Below are positions 1 through 9,420 of a DNA stretch of 64,000 nt, piece by piece. The stretch's first letter is position 1. Every line of letters begins with the position of its first letter. This DNA is from an uncultured Pseudomonadales bacterium (GTDB lineage Bacteria > Patescibacteriota > Microgenomatia > UBA1400 > PJMF01). Below the pieces are notes generated by a model, which worked only from the letters and a program-made list of their open reading frames with translations, ran no database searches and was not told where the DNA came from. Where the stretch lies: assembly GCA_964556485.1 (NCBI GenBank), contig CAZKVV010000001.1:84551-148550 (forward strand), written 5' to 3'. The translations under genes were made by a program, and so were the position numbers.

Positions 1-228
1 GATTTACCAGTCGATATTGGTTTAAAGAGAAGGGTTGAATCAGGCAAAATTGACCGGCTTGATATGGAGGGCGAACAGTTTCATGTAAAAATTCGCAAAG
101 CGTATTTAGAAATTGCGAAAGCAGATTCTACGGGTAGGTGGCACATCGTTGATGCTTCGGAGTCGTTGGAGAGTGTGGAAAACGAGTTGTGGGATAAAAC
201 ACAACAGGCATTAAAGCACCTTGAATAA
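1..228 (+). CDS. tmk: Thymidylate kinase, 3' part (truncated by window start)
   Basis: Frame 1 reads DLPVDIGLKRRVESGKIDRLDMEGEQFHVKIRKAYLEIAK...WHIVDAS...; typical dTMP kinase C-terminus; TAA at 226-228. Confidence 0.85.
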   Translation, partial: DLPVDIGLKRRVESGKIDRLDMEGEQFHVKIRKAYLEIAKADSTGRWHIVDASESLESVENELWDKTQQALKHLE

Positions 229-246
229 TAGTGTACGATTACTATC

Positions 247-1596
247 ATGCATTTGAACGAACAACACAGTGCCAATCACGGTCATCAACAACGCGAACAT
301 GAGCAAACATTTGTTTTTTTAGAGGATGTGCCTGCAGAAAAAACCTTTGAAGTTGCCCAAGAAAACCTCGATGCTGTTTTTGGTGGATTAACAGATAAGT
401 TGGGAAATGATTTGATTGGAACTTATGGGAGAGGCGAATGCTTGAGAGTTTTAGCTCGATGCGAGTATGTCGCATCGTTCCTTAAACAACAATTTGGTGA
501 TACAGCTCTTTGTCATCCTCAAGATCCAAATTATTTTTTTACTCCAGAGCTAACAGAACAAGCGCGTAAGGCAATGATGGATTTGACTCCAGCCGGTAAT
601 CCTACACCTGTGGGATTATTGAGAAATTACCATGAAGCAAATGAAGTCGAGTCTGTTTCAGATGGCATTGATGGTTACTATCAGTATCCAGCTTGGGACA
701 GAATAGTTCCTGAAGGGGAAGAATATGACAAAAACCAGGAGCTCAATTTTTATCGCAAATTACTCGTCCACATCATGACCACGCAGTACTACGTCGATGA
801 GCTAGGTGGCAAAATTAATGAGTATATTCGGTTGGCAAACACCCATGGTTGGCCATTACAGACTGGTGTATTTGCTCAACTCAGGCAAAACAATGGTAAG
901 TATGCCGAAATCGATCTCGAACGGTTGAAAGTGAGGATGTTGCTGCATGATATTGGTAGATGGGTGACACATCACGAGGTGTTGCACGAAACATTGCCGG
1001 ATCTTATTGCTAATTATATTGGTTTAAAGCCACCACTTATTAGTCATGAATTTGACCATGATGAACGGTATAGAAAGGGCGGAGACGAGCGAGTAGATCC
1101 AGAAAATATATATATTGAAGAGAGCATGCTGCATTATGTCGATTTTGTAGCAAAGCGACATGATGAAAACAACCTGAATGATGATAGGCTGCGCTCACTA
1201 GACCAGTTAGCAGAACACGCAATTAGTAGGGCTGCCAACTATAATGGAAAGTTGAAAGAATACCTCACACTTTTGAAGAAAATGGCACAAGAAAAAGGTT
1301 CGGAACTTTCTTCACAAGAAAAAGTTAACCATGCTCTCAAGTTTTTGCAGGAAGAAAGCTCTGACGAACAAGCGCAGTTTTATCGAAGAGAAATTTTATT
1401 CTTACAAAAAGTACTGCCATTTTTTGGAGTGGGACATGGCACTGGAATTCTTGGTGCAGTTGGGACTGATTTATATCAATTGCAGGAAAGAGTTGAACAA
1501 GTTTGGAATGCAGCTATAGAAGATTCCACCTTCCTCTCCTATAATCGAGATCCACTTCCTGATGCAGTCGATAAAGCGTTGTTAGGCCAGCAGTAA
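247..1596 (+). CDS. HD-domain protein (orphan)
   Basis: 449 aa ORF with LLHDIGR and later H/YVD motifs of the HD phosphohydrolase fold. Confidence 0.6.
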   Translation: MHLNEQHSANHGHQQREHEQTFVFLEDVPAEKTFEVAQENLDAVFGGLTDKLGNDLIGTYGRGECLRVLARCEYVASFLKQQFGDTALCHPQDPNYFFTPELTEQARKAMMDLTPAGNPTPVGLLRNYHEANEVESVSDGIDGYYQYPAWDRIVPEGEEYDKNQELNFYRKLLVHIMTTQYYVDELGGKINEYIRLANTHGWPLQTGVFAQLRQNNGKYAEIDLERLKVRMLLHDIGRWVTHHEVLHETLPDLIANYIGLKPPLISHEFDHDERYRKGGDERVDPENIYIEESMLHYVDFVAKRHDENNLNDDRLRSLDQLAEHAISRAANYNGKLKEYLTLLKKMAQEKGSELSSQEKVNHALKFLQEESSDEQAQFYRREILFLQKVLPFFGVGHGTGILGAVGTDLYQLQERVEQVWNAAIEDSTFLSYNRDPLPDAVDKALLGQQ

Positions 1597-1598
1597 CT

Positions 1599-2201
1599 AT
1601 GAAACTCCCAAAAGCAGTACAAGCCCTTGTCGATTCATTTGAAAAACTACCTGGAATTGGGCCAAAGTCTGCGCAGCGGCTGGTTTTTTACTTGCTGCAC
1701 AATCCAGAGCATGAGTTGGCGCAGTTTGCACGCAATCTAGAAAATCTCAAAAAAATGACTGTGCTATGTACGAAGTGTCACAATGTGAGTGAAAGTGATC
1801 CGTGCCAAATTTGCGCCGACACTTCACGCGATGCTACTTTGCTTTGCATTGTTGAACAACCACTTGATGTTTTAGCTATCGAAAAATCGGAATCATTTAA
1901 GGGCTTATATCATGTTTTGCATGGTTCAATAGCCCCTCTGCATAATATTGGTCCAGAGCAACTGTTTTTACATGACGTTGTAAGTAGACTAGATGCAGTT
2001 GCAGAGCTTGTGATTGCCACAAATCCAACCATGGAAGGTGAGGCAACAGCTTTATATATAAAAGAATATCTGATTCAGCAAGGAAAACATTCAGAATTAG
2101 CAATTTCAAGAATTGGACATGGATTACCAATCGGCGCAGATATTGAGTATGCAGATGGCATGACATTATCTCGAGCACTCGAGGGCAGAAGACAGTTGTA
2201 A
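1599..2201 (+). CDS. recR: Recombination mediator RecR
   Basis: LPGIGPKSAQR HhH, C4 zinc finger, TOPRIM ATNPTMEGEATA, GLPIGADIEYAD. Confidence 0.97.
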   Translation: MKLPKAVQALVDSFEKLPGIGPKSAQRLVFYLLHNPEHELAQFARNLENLKKMTVLCTKCHNVSESDPCQICADTSRDATLLCIVEQPLDVLAIEKSESFKGLYHVLHGSIAPLHNIGPEQLFLHDVVSRLDAVAELVIATNPTMEGEATALYIKEYLIQQGKHSELAISRIGHGLPIGADIEYADGMTLSRALEGRRQL

Positions 2202-2267
2202 TCGTTGTGTTATTTTTAAAAGGTGCTATCATACTCTTGTAATGGCGAAAGTCAAAGCAGCTAATTC

Positions 2268-2305
2268 AACCGCATTTTTCATATTGAGATCTGGCGGTTT
2301 TTTTT
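2268..2305 (+). terminator. Probable intrinsic terminator between recR and hpf
   Basis: AACCGC...GCGGTT stem followed by a T-run. Confidence 0.5.
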
Positions 2306-2357
2306 GTGAAGACCGCAAGTAGAACTATGTTCCAATGTGGAACTGAAGGGAGGTACT

Positions 2358-2714
2358 ATGACAGTAATTGTCGAGTCCAAACGCATGAAGGTCACACAGG
2401 CGCTGCGACAGTTTGTCGAGCAGCATGCCAAAAAAATTGCCAAGCTGAGTAAGCCAGCAACAATGATTCGTGTCAATCTTGAAACGGTTGAAAAAAAATC
2501 AAATGATCCACTGGCAAACTCTGTTACATTTAGAGTTAAAACACCAGGAAAAGATGTGGTTGTAACAAAAAAGGCAGTCAATATGTACGATGCAATTGTT
2601 GATGCTTCTCGGGGAGCAGCCAGGCAATTACGCAAATACTATGAGCGTCAACTAGGATCCAAGCGACTGAAGCGTCACGAGGTTAGTAATGATACTTTGC
2701 CTACAGCCTTCTAG
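2358..2714 (+). CDS. hpf: Ribosome hibernation factor (RaiA/HPF, S30AE family)
   Basis: MKVTQALRQFVE...KIAKL, NMYDAIVDA..A.RQLRK pattern; SD GGAGGT before ATG 2358. Confidence 0.85.
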   Translation: MTVIVESKRMKVTQALRQFVEQHAKKIAKLSKPATMIRVNLETVEKKSNDPLANSVTFRVKTPGKDVVVTKKAVNMYDAIVDASRGAARQLRKYYERQLGSKRLKRHEVSNDTLPTAF

Positions 2715-2772
2715 CAGCTTAGTAATTGCTAAATTCATACCTAATCCTGTATTGTGGTCGTAAGGAGTTACT

Positions 2773-3249
2773 ATGAATGACGATACTACCACGATGCCAA
2801 CACTTACTTCGGACACGCCCGCAAGTGATCCGTTGGCGGCAGCACTAGCCGCAGATGATGGGTTGGCACAACCTGCTTCGTTAGCTGCAGATGCTCCGGC
2901 AGATGATCAAAGTCAAAAGAGTCCACTTGACATTCTGGAAGAATTACTAAAAGAATCTGGTAATTCGGGAGCATCGTCTCAACCTACTGCGCCAGCTGCA
3001 GAGCCGGGCCAACCTACAGAAGAGGAAAAGGCTAAGAAGTTGGAAGAGTTGCAAGAGAAGATGGCAGAGCAAGCTATAGAAGATAAAGAAAACATTGCAA
3101 AACAACAAGAATTATTAGAATCTTTGAAGCAAACACCGCAATACCAAGCTCGTGTGCAGCAAAATGAAGAAAAAGCACAAACTGAAGCAGACAAAGATAC
3201 GGCAGGACAAGGCTTTGAGATTACACAACTAAAGCACGACAAAGTGTAG
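2773..3249 (+). CDS. Hypothetical acidic, low-complexity/coiled-coil protein
   Basis: 158 aa ORF with SD AAGGAG. Confidence 0.7.
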   Translation: MNDDTTTMPTLTSDTPASDPLAAALAADDGLAQPASLAADAPADDQSQKSPLDILEELLKESGNSGASSQPTAPAAEPGQPTEEEKAKKLEELQEKMAEQAIEDKENIAKQQELLESLKQTPQYQARVQQNEEKAQTEADKDTAGQGFEITQLKHDKV

Positions 3250-3261
3250 CAAGGGATACGT

Positions 3262-3834
3262 ATGAGTGGAGGTCAACCTGGTGCACCAGGTATGGGAATG
3301 CCTGGAGACATGGGTGGCGCAGGTTCAATGGATGTACTTAGTCAGTTGGGTCAACTTGGCGCAGCTGGTACAAGTCGTTCTTCTGGATCATCGCAAGGTC
3401 AAACACCAAAACCACCGCCACCCCCAAGACCAGTGGGGACAATTACCGAAGAGCTTGGTATGATCGGATCGGATTTTGGTAAAGGTGTTGTTGATCTTCT
3501 TAACTTTGCCAAATGGTTTGGGATTGAGTCAGCTCAGCTTTCACCAGAAGAAAAAGCAAAATTGAAACAAGTCCATACCAAATTTACCCAATTAACCGAG
3601 CAACAACAGATGGTTGCCCGGGAGAAAATGCAAAAAGAGCAGCAAAGAAAGCAGCGTATCGCACAGGAAGATGCTCAAAAAAGACAAGCAGATGCAGATA
3701 GTAAACAGAGCTATGTAGTACCATCGGGAAAGCAATCTGGAGCACAAAATGCGGGCGGCAACAAAAAACAGCGGGCCGTGCAAACTCTTCAAGATAAAAG
3801 AAAAACCCTTAGTGGGCCTAGTAGCGCTAACTAA
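3262..3834 (+). CDS. Hypothetical Gly/Pro-rich, coiled-coil protein
   Basis: 190 aa ORF co-oriented and adjacent to previous gene. Confidence 0.7.
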   Translation: MSGGQPGAPGMGMPGDMGGAGSMDVLSQLGQLGAAGTSRSSGSSQGQTPKPPPPPRPVGTITEELGMIGSDFGKGVVDLLNFAKWFGIESAQLSPEEKAKLKQVHTKFTQLTEQQQMVAREKMQKEQQRKQRIAQEDAQKRQADADSKQSYVVPSGKQSGAQNAGGNKKQRAVQTLQDKRKTLSGPSSAN

Positions 3835-3856
3835 GGACATACGATATACTCCCACT

Positions 3857-3904
3857 ATGTATATGAATTTATTATTTTCCATCTGTTGTTTCAAAGGTAG
3901 CTAA
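3857..3904 (+). CDS. Cys leader peptide MYMNLLFSICCFKGS (attenuator uORF)
   Basis: TATACT -10 six nt before ATG 3857; tandem TGT TGT codons; followed by antiterminator/terminator; upstream of cysS operon. Confidence 0.7.
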   Translation: MYMNLLFSICCFKGS

Positions 3905-3958
3905 CATTTGAGGATGTCGAAGTATACTAGCCGTCCTCAAGGGGGGGGCGGTTTTTTT
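3880..3958 (+). promoter_or_regulatory. Transcription attenuator of the deacetylase-cysS operon
   Basis: 1:2 CATC..TTCAAA/TTTGAGGATG; 2:3 TTGAGGATG(3908-16)/CGTCCTCAA(3932-40); 3:4 terminator AGCCGTCCT-CAA..GGGGCGGTT+T-run (3929-3958). Confidence 0.7.
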
Positions 3959-3981
3959 ATGGTTAACGTTAGAAAGTTGTG

Positions 3982-4726
3982 ATGACAAAACAAGAAATAC
4001 GCATTTTACCAACCTGGCAGGAAAAGGGAGTAGCTATTGTAGTAGCTCATCCAGATGATGAAGCTCTTTTTTGGGGATTAGTGGAGTCACTTTGTTGATG
4101 CTGTTGTCCCAGTTACCATTATTTTAATGACTCTTGGCGAGCTCGGCATTGCCTTCACCGATCAAAAAACGACTCCTGAGCAAATGGCCGAAATTAGATA
4201 TGGTGAGTTTATTTCTGCGATGGCAGAGCTTGGATTTGGCTATGAAATTTTGGCATTACCAGATTTGGGTTTAAGTAGTATCGATTTCTCTGTTATGGTT
4301 ATGTCGCTGTTGTCACTGTTTCGCACGCACGATTTTGCCAGCATTTTTGCTTTTGCTCCAGACGAGTTCACGCCACTTTTTGATCACCCAGATCATACTA
4401 AATCGGGTGAAGCAGCTCGCTACGCAGCCATGGCAACAAATGTCGGGCGCCTGCTGCCAGAAAGTCCTGCAATTGAGGGTAGGCCAGAGTTATACCTGAG
4501 ACGAACTGAAAAGAATCGGTCTACACACCAGCTTCCACTCACGAGTCAGGCTAGAGAACGCCGCGATGCGTTTCTTATCGGTCAGTATCCTTCGCAGTTC
4601 AGCCAAGAAAATCATGCACAGTGGAGTGAGGCTTTCGACCAAGTTCATCATTTCAAAAAGCAGTCGAGAAAAAAGTTCTCCAACAAAGACAAGAAACAGA
4701 CAGAATATTACCAGAGAATACGGTAG
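3982..4726 (+). pseudogene. PIG-L/LmbE-family N-acetyl deacetylase, split by +1 frameshift
   Basis: Frame 1 gives AHPDDEA then stop at 4096; frame 2 continues VDAVVPVTIILMTLGELG...R..E...HPDH; removing one T at ~4091-4093 fuses them. Confidence 0.75.
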
Positions 4727-4755
4727 AATAGGGATGTTCCCGAGGAAAGGATTAA

Positions 4756-6174
4756 ATGGTTACACTTTACAACACGCTGACACGAAACATTGAGGCATTT
4801 ACCCCAAGAGATGCAAAAAAAGTGGGACTGTATGCTTGTGGTTTTACTGTCTATGACTATACACACTTAGGTCACTTGCGAAAGTATTCACTCGACGATG
4901 TGTTGGTACGGATGTTGCGTCATGCTGGCTATGAAGTGACCTTTGTACAGAATGTTACAGATGTAGGTCATTTGGCTTCAGATGCTGATTCGGGTGAAGA
5001 TAAGCTCGAAAAAGGTGCCAAAAAATATGGTCAAACGGTGTTTGATGTTGCTCGGACTTTTGAAGACTACTTTTTTAAAAGCATGGATGCCATGGGAAAT
5101 CTTCGCCCAGATGTGAGTTGCCGGGCAACAGAGCATATTGAGGCACAACTGGAAATGGTAAAAACACTTGAAGCAAGAGGTTTCACGTACGTAATTGAAG
5201 ATGATGGCGTGTATTTTGACACGGCAAAAATTGATGATTATGGCAAGTTAGCACATTTGGATATTGAACACCTCAAAGAAGGAGCTCGGGTTGAGATGGT
5301 AGCGGGCAAGCGAAATCCAACCGACTTTGCTCTGTGGAAGTTCGAGCGTCCCGGAGAAAATAGAGCGATGATATGGCCAAGTCCTTGGGCCGAGCGCAGT
5401 TTTCCCGGTTGGCATATTGAGTGTAGTGCTATGGCAATGCAGTATTTGGGCGACCAGTTTGATGTGCACACTGGTGGTATCGACCACATTCCCGTTCATC
5501 ACACCAACGAAATAGCTCAAGCAGAGGCGGCCAGTGGTAAACAACCCTTCGTGCGATACTGGGTTCACCACAATATGTTGCGAGTTGAAGGCGAAAAAAT
5601 GAGTAAGTCGTTGGGCAACTTTTTTACCATTGATGATGTCATAAAGAATGGGATTGCACCTAAGGCATTGCGATTATTATTCCTCACTACCCATTATCGC
5701 AGCCAACTTAATTTTACTTGGGATAGTTTGGCGGGAATTCAGAAGGCATTTGAGCGCTTAGTCGGGCAGTTCGCACTGGTCAATTCGGCAGATACGACGG
5801 GCGTTGTACTCTCGCCAGAAGCACAGTTGCTTGAGACTCGCTTTTTTACTGCAGTTGAATCTGATCTCAACACGCCAGAAGCTCTGGTTGTGCTGTGGGA
5901 AGTACTACGATCTCGATTGTCAGATGCAGAAAAGAAACTGTTACTGCTGGCATTCGATACTGTGTTAGGATTCGATTTGCCACTTTTACTCAAAGAGCAA
6001 AAAGTGACAGTTGTAGAAGAATATCCAGAAGAAATTCAAAAGTTGATACTCCAAAGAAATGAAGCTCGCGAGCAAAAAAACTGGAAAGTATCGGACGAAC
6101 TGAGAGCCGCCTTAGAAGCAGCTGGGTATGTGGTTGAAGACACTAAAGATGGAACTAGGGTAGAAATACAATAG
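4756..6174 (+). CDS. cysS: Cysteine--tRNA ligase
   Basis: YACGFTVYDYTHLGH, DFALWK, PGWHIECSAM, HHTNE, KMSKS. Confidence 0.98.
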   Translation: MVTLYNTLTRNIEAFTPRDAKKVGLYACGFTVYDYTHLGHLRKYSLDDVLVRMLRHAGYEVTFVQNVTDVGHLASDADSGEDKLEKGAKKYGQTVFDVARTFEDYFFKSMDAMGNLRPDVSCRATEHIEAQLEMVKTLEARGFTYVIEDDGVYFDTAKIDDYGKLAHLDIEHLKEGARVEMVAGKRNPTDFALWKFERPGENRAMIWPSPWAERSFPGWHIECSAMAMQYLGDQFDVHTGGIDHIPVHHTNEIAQAEAASGKQPFVRYWVHHNMLRVEGEKMSKSLGNFFTIDDVIKNGIAPKALRLLFLTTHYRSQLNFTWDSLAGIQKAFERLVGQFALVNSADTTGVVLSPEAQLLETRFFTAVESDLNTPEALVVLWEVLRSRLSDAEKKLLLLAFDTVLGFDLPLLLKEQKVTVVEEYPEEIQKLILQRNEAREQKNWKVSDELRAALEAAGYVVEDTKDGTRVEIQ

Positions 6175-6227
6175 AAATGGGCAGTTTTACTTCATGCCCA
6201 AGGAAGTTGTTTCTATCTTACATTTGC

Positions 6228-6689
6228 TTAGTTGCCAAAGCCCGACATCTCGCAGCGGGTTGGAATTTTATCATTGAGTCCGTACAGTTTAGCAGCACCA
6301 GACTCAAAGAAATTATCCCATTTGGCATTGTAGTTGCCACAACGGCGGTTAAATTCGCCGCGGGCAACTGTCATTTGCCTGTTCCATTGAGACCAGGCGG
6401 TTCGATCTGCTGAAGACCATTGCAATTGATCTTCATAGCCCGCATTGCGGGCTTCAATGGCAGCCATCTCTGCCTCATAACTTTTGAGGTTGACGACCAA
6501 AGCGGACAGTTGGTTATACTGCTCCGTAAGGTCTGTTACTTGCGCCTGTGCTTCTTTTGCAGTTAGGACGTTTGCGGGGATGTTCGCCCAACCAAGTCCA
6601 ACTGCAATAAGCCTGATAAATATTGACACTGCAAGCAGAAGTAGGGTGCTTGTTACCACGTACACCCACAAGGGATATTTTTGTTTCAT
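6228..6689 (-). CDS. Membrane-anchored coiled-coil protein (partner of upstream lipoprotein)
   Basis: N-terminal TM, coiled coil, C-terminal ..CGNYNA; SD GGAGG. Confidence 0.65.
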   Translation of the reverse strand: MKQKYPLWVYVVTSTLLLLAVSIFIRLIAVGLGWANIPANVLTAKEAQAQVTDLTEQYNQLSALVVNLKSYEAEMAAIEARNAGYEDQLQWSSADRTAWSQWNRQMTVARGEFNRRCGNYNAKWDNFFESGAAKLYGLNDKIPTRCEMSGFGN

Positions 6690-6722
6690 TGAACCGCCTC
6701 CAAAAACGGTGTTTTTTTAGGG

Positions 6723-7391
6723 TTAATCTTCAGTTGATGTTCCCTCGGAATTGTCGAGATTGTTGAAAGTCATGCCCAGTCTTTCTTCAACGGCTGAGCA
6801 TTCAATTTGGTTAAGGTTGCTATCAACGCAACCACCATTAGCAATGATTGCCTTGGCGGTTTCGATTTTGGCAACTTGACCTTCGTCAACCAGGACTACT
6901 GGATTGGCATACGCCCGCGGCGCAGTGGTTACGCGAACATTCGCATACACCGACCACTGCTCATAATTTCCCTCTGGGGTGATGCAGAACAAAAAGGGCA
7001 CTGCATCACCGTAGGTGGCATCGATGCCCATCACTTCTTCGGTGTATGCGTTTACACCGTCGACATCAATTTTCCAAAATCCCGTGTAAGCGGGATCAGC
7101 AAAATTGGGCTCGATTGATTCTGTGGATGAGACAGGTCTACCCTGACACATCCAGCTATCAATCAGCCGCCCATCATCTGCCAATTGATATGCCCAAAAG
7201 AACATATCGTCTCGATTGGAGATATGATCCGCTATCAGAATTTGAGTCCTTTCGCGGAGCGCGTCCTGATCGGAATCAGGTGCTGGTGCAGCCTCTTGCG
7301 CATTTTCCATGCGCTCAGTGGTGGTGCCACATGCTGTTACTGCTAACAGCATTACTGCTAACAAAAAAAGTACTAATGTGGTTTTTTTCAC
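6723..7391 (-). CDS. Predicted lipoprotein
   Basis: GTG start with SD AAGGAG; MKK + hydrophobic + VTAC lipobox. Confidence 0.7.
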   Translation of the reverse strand: MKKTTLVLFLLAVMLLAVTACGTTTERMENAQEAAPAPDSDQDALRERTQILIADHISNRDDMFFWAYQLADDGRLIDSWMCQGRPVSSTESIEPNFADPAYTGFWKIDVDGVNAYTEEVMGIDATYGDAVPFLFCITPEGNYEQWSVYANVRVTTAPRAYANPVVLVDEGQVAKIETAKAIIANGGCVDSNLNQIECSAVEERLGMTFNNLDNSEGTSTED

Positions 7392-7593
7392 TCGACCTTC
7401 TCCTTGAATTTGAAAAGAAAAGATAGAAACATGTTAAATAGCTCGCGTTCACACATCAAAAAAAAACAAGATTTGTGGACGTGAATGGAGAATTATACAT
7501 GAACGATACTAATAAGTCTATTATGGGACTAAATTAGGTGTATTTGTTGCTAAAATCAAGTAGTTTTGTCATACTTACTTAGAAGGGCTTCGT

Positions 7594-7785
7594 GTGTCAG
7601 CAAAAAAACTCTATATATCCAATAAAGATAAAGTCTTTTTAGGTGTTGCGGCCGCTTTGGCGCGTTATTTTAATGTTGATGTTACCTTGATGCGCATTAT
7701 TTGGGTGCTTTTACTACTTCCTGGGGGACTGCCGGGTATTGTGCCCTACATTGTCTGTTGGTTACTCATCCCTGAAAAAGAATAA
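7594..7785 (+). CDS. pspC: PspC domain protein
   Basis: KKLY.S.KDKVFLGVAAALARYFNVD.TLMR...Y..W.LIP. Confidence 0.85.
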   Translation: MSAKKLYISNKDKVFLGVAAALARYFNVDVTLMRIIWVLLLLPGGLPGIVPYIVCWLLIPEKE

Positions 7786-7850
7786 AAAGCAAACTGCTGC
7801 ATCACCATTGTGTAAGCTATCGTACATTGACAATTAGTCTATAATGACGT

Positions 7851-8228
7851 ATGGCAAGAAAACCGGCAGTAGCGCAACACATCTGTGCAATTTTAGCTCA
7901 AAAGCATCTTTTGAGTGCTACCGGCATTGTACAAGAGTTGTCTGAACAGTTTAAGCAATACAATAAAACGAGTGTGTATCGTGCTCTCGAATCGTTATTA
8001 GCAGATGGCATTGTATGCAGGCAGCTATTGGCAGGTTCGGAGGTGCTCTATGAGTTGCGAGAACACCATCATGACCACACTGTGTGCACTAGTTGCCAAA
8101 CAGTGAATGCTATTGAATGTCAATCTCACCCAGCTCCTGTAGTGCAAGGATTTGCGGTTGACCATCACCATACAACCATGTATGGAGTGTGTGATGCGTG
8201 TCGAAATAATGTCTCAAAGAATAGCTGA
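7851..8228 (+). CDS. Fur-family transcriptional regulator
   Basis: SVYRAL wHTH, HHHDHTVCTSC, C-terminal GVCDAC. Confidence 0.88.
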   Translation: MARKPAVAQHICAILAQKHLLSATGIVQELSEQFKQYNKTSVYRALESLLADGIVCRQLLAGSEVLYELREHHHDHTVCTSCQTVNAIECQSHPAPVVQGFAVDHHHTTMYGVCDACRNNVSKNS

Positions 8229-9273
8229 TCCTCAACCTAAACTGTGGATGCTGGCAGTGTTTGCACTCTGTGCGGGAGTTGTGGTAATCACTAAAGGTGT
8301 AGACATGGAGTGGAATCGTGTTTTTAATAGATCTGATTCGTCGTTTGGCAAAGCTCAGTCTTCGCCCATAGTACTGCAAGAAACAGAAGTTGTGGAAGAT
8401 GCTCAAGTTGCAACTCAGTCTGCTCAACCAGTTTCAATAGAGCCCGGTGGCACTCTGCTTTTTGCAGGTGATATGCAGTGGGATAGATACATTAGGCAAA
8501 TGGCTACAAAAGAAGGATATGACTTTATTTTGTCTCCAGTGCGCAGTGTACTGCTTTCAGCAGATGCGGTAATTGCAAATCTGGAAGGGCCAGTGACGAC
8601 CTTTCCTTCAAAAAGCCTCACGGCAGACATTGGTAGCCATGACAACTATATTTTTACTTTTAGTCCAGAAGTGCTGCCCGTTTTGTATGACCACAACATT
8701 AGGGTGGTGAATCTGGGAAACAATCATATTTTGAATTTTGGTGCAGAAGGTCTTGCTCAAACCGAACAAAACTTGCAAGCAGCAGGGATTGCATACTTTG
8801 GAAATACCTCAAAAGAAACTTGGCTGGCAGATTCATTTTTAGAGTATGACTTGAATGGTTTGCAGGTATTATTGGTCAATTACAACCAATTTCTTGCGAG
8901 TGATATGGCTGTTTTGCTTGAGGAAATTCAGCAAAAAAATACTCAGTATGATGCGGTAGTGCTTTATACCCACTGGGGGAATGAGTACCTTACCGAAGCA
9001 AGCGCTTTGTATCAAGAACGGGCACATGCGTTTGTTGATGTGGGCGTTGATTTGATTATTGGTTCGCATCCGCATGTTATTCAGCAAAAAGAAGAATACC
9101 GGGGCAAAACGATTTATTACTCACTGGGAAATTTTGTGTTTGATCAGTATTTTGATCCCGAGTCTCGTAAGGGTTGGTTGGTTGAAGTTGCCTTTGATGC
9201 AGATGGTGAATATACAAGCAAGGAAATTCCGACATATCTAGAAAAAAATGGTCAGACCGTGTTGGTAGAGTAG
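8209..9273 (+). CDS. CapA (PGA_cap) family metallophosphoesterase
   Basis: FAGD, ANLEGP, NLGNNH, HWGNEY, GSHPHV, YSLGNFVFDQ; N-terminal TM; likely ATG 8209. Confidence 0.88.
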   Translation: MSQRIADPQPKLWMLAVFALCAGVVVITKGVDMEWNRVFNRSDSSFGKAQSSPIVLQETEVVEDAQVATQSAQPVSIEPGGTLLFAGDMQWDRYIRQMATKEGYDFILSPVRSVLLSADAVIANLEGPVTTFPSKSLTADIGSHDNYIFTFSPEVLPVLYDHNIRVVNLGNNHILNFGAEGLAQTEQNLQAAGIAYFGNTSKETWLADSFLEYDLNGLQVLLVNYNQFLASDMAVLLEEIQQKNTQYDAVVLYTHWGNEYLTEASALYQERAHAFVDVGVDLIIGSHPHVIQQKEEYRGKTIYYSLGNFVFDQYFDPESRKGWLVEVAFDADGEYTSKEIPTYLEKNGQTVLVE

Positions 9274-9420
9274 GGGGTTGCGCCTAGAGTATCGCCCTTC
9301 ATGGTTTTAGTCTCCATACGTCTTATAGTATTTACAAGTCTTATAATATATGTTATAATTAGTCGTTGTGGTTTTTACTGCAACTGCACATTTAAACTGG
9401 CTGATCGCAAGAGAGGCCAA

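Noticed and set aside
2202-2357. raiA ncRNA motif upstream of hpf
   Set aside because: Region too short and lacks the multi-stem architecture
7822-7850. Canonical promoter or Fur box at TTGACA...TATAAT before the fur-like gene
   Set aside because: -35/-10 spacing is only 7 nt and the palindrome is too imperfect to call
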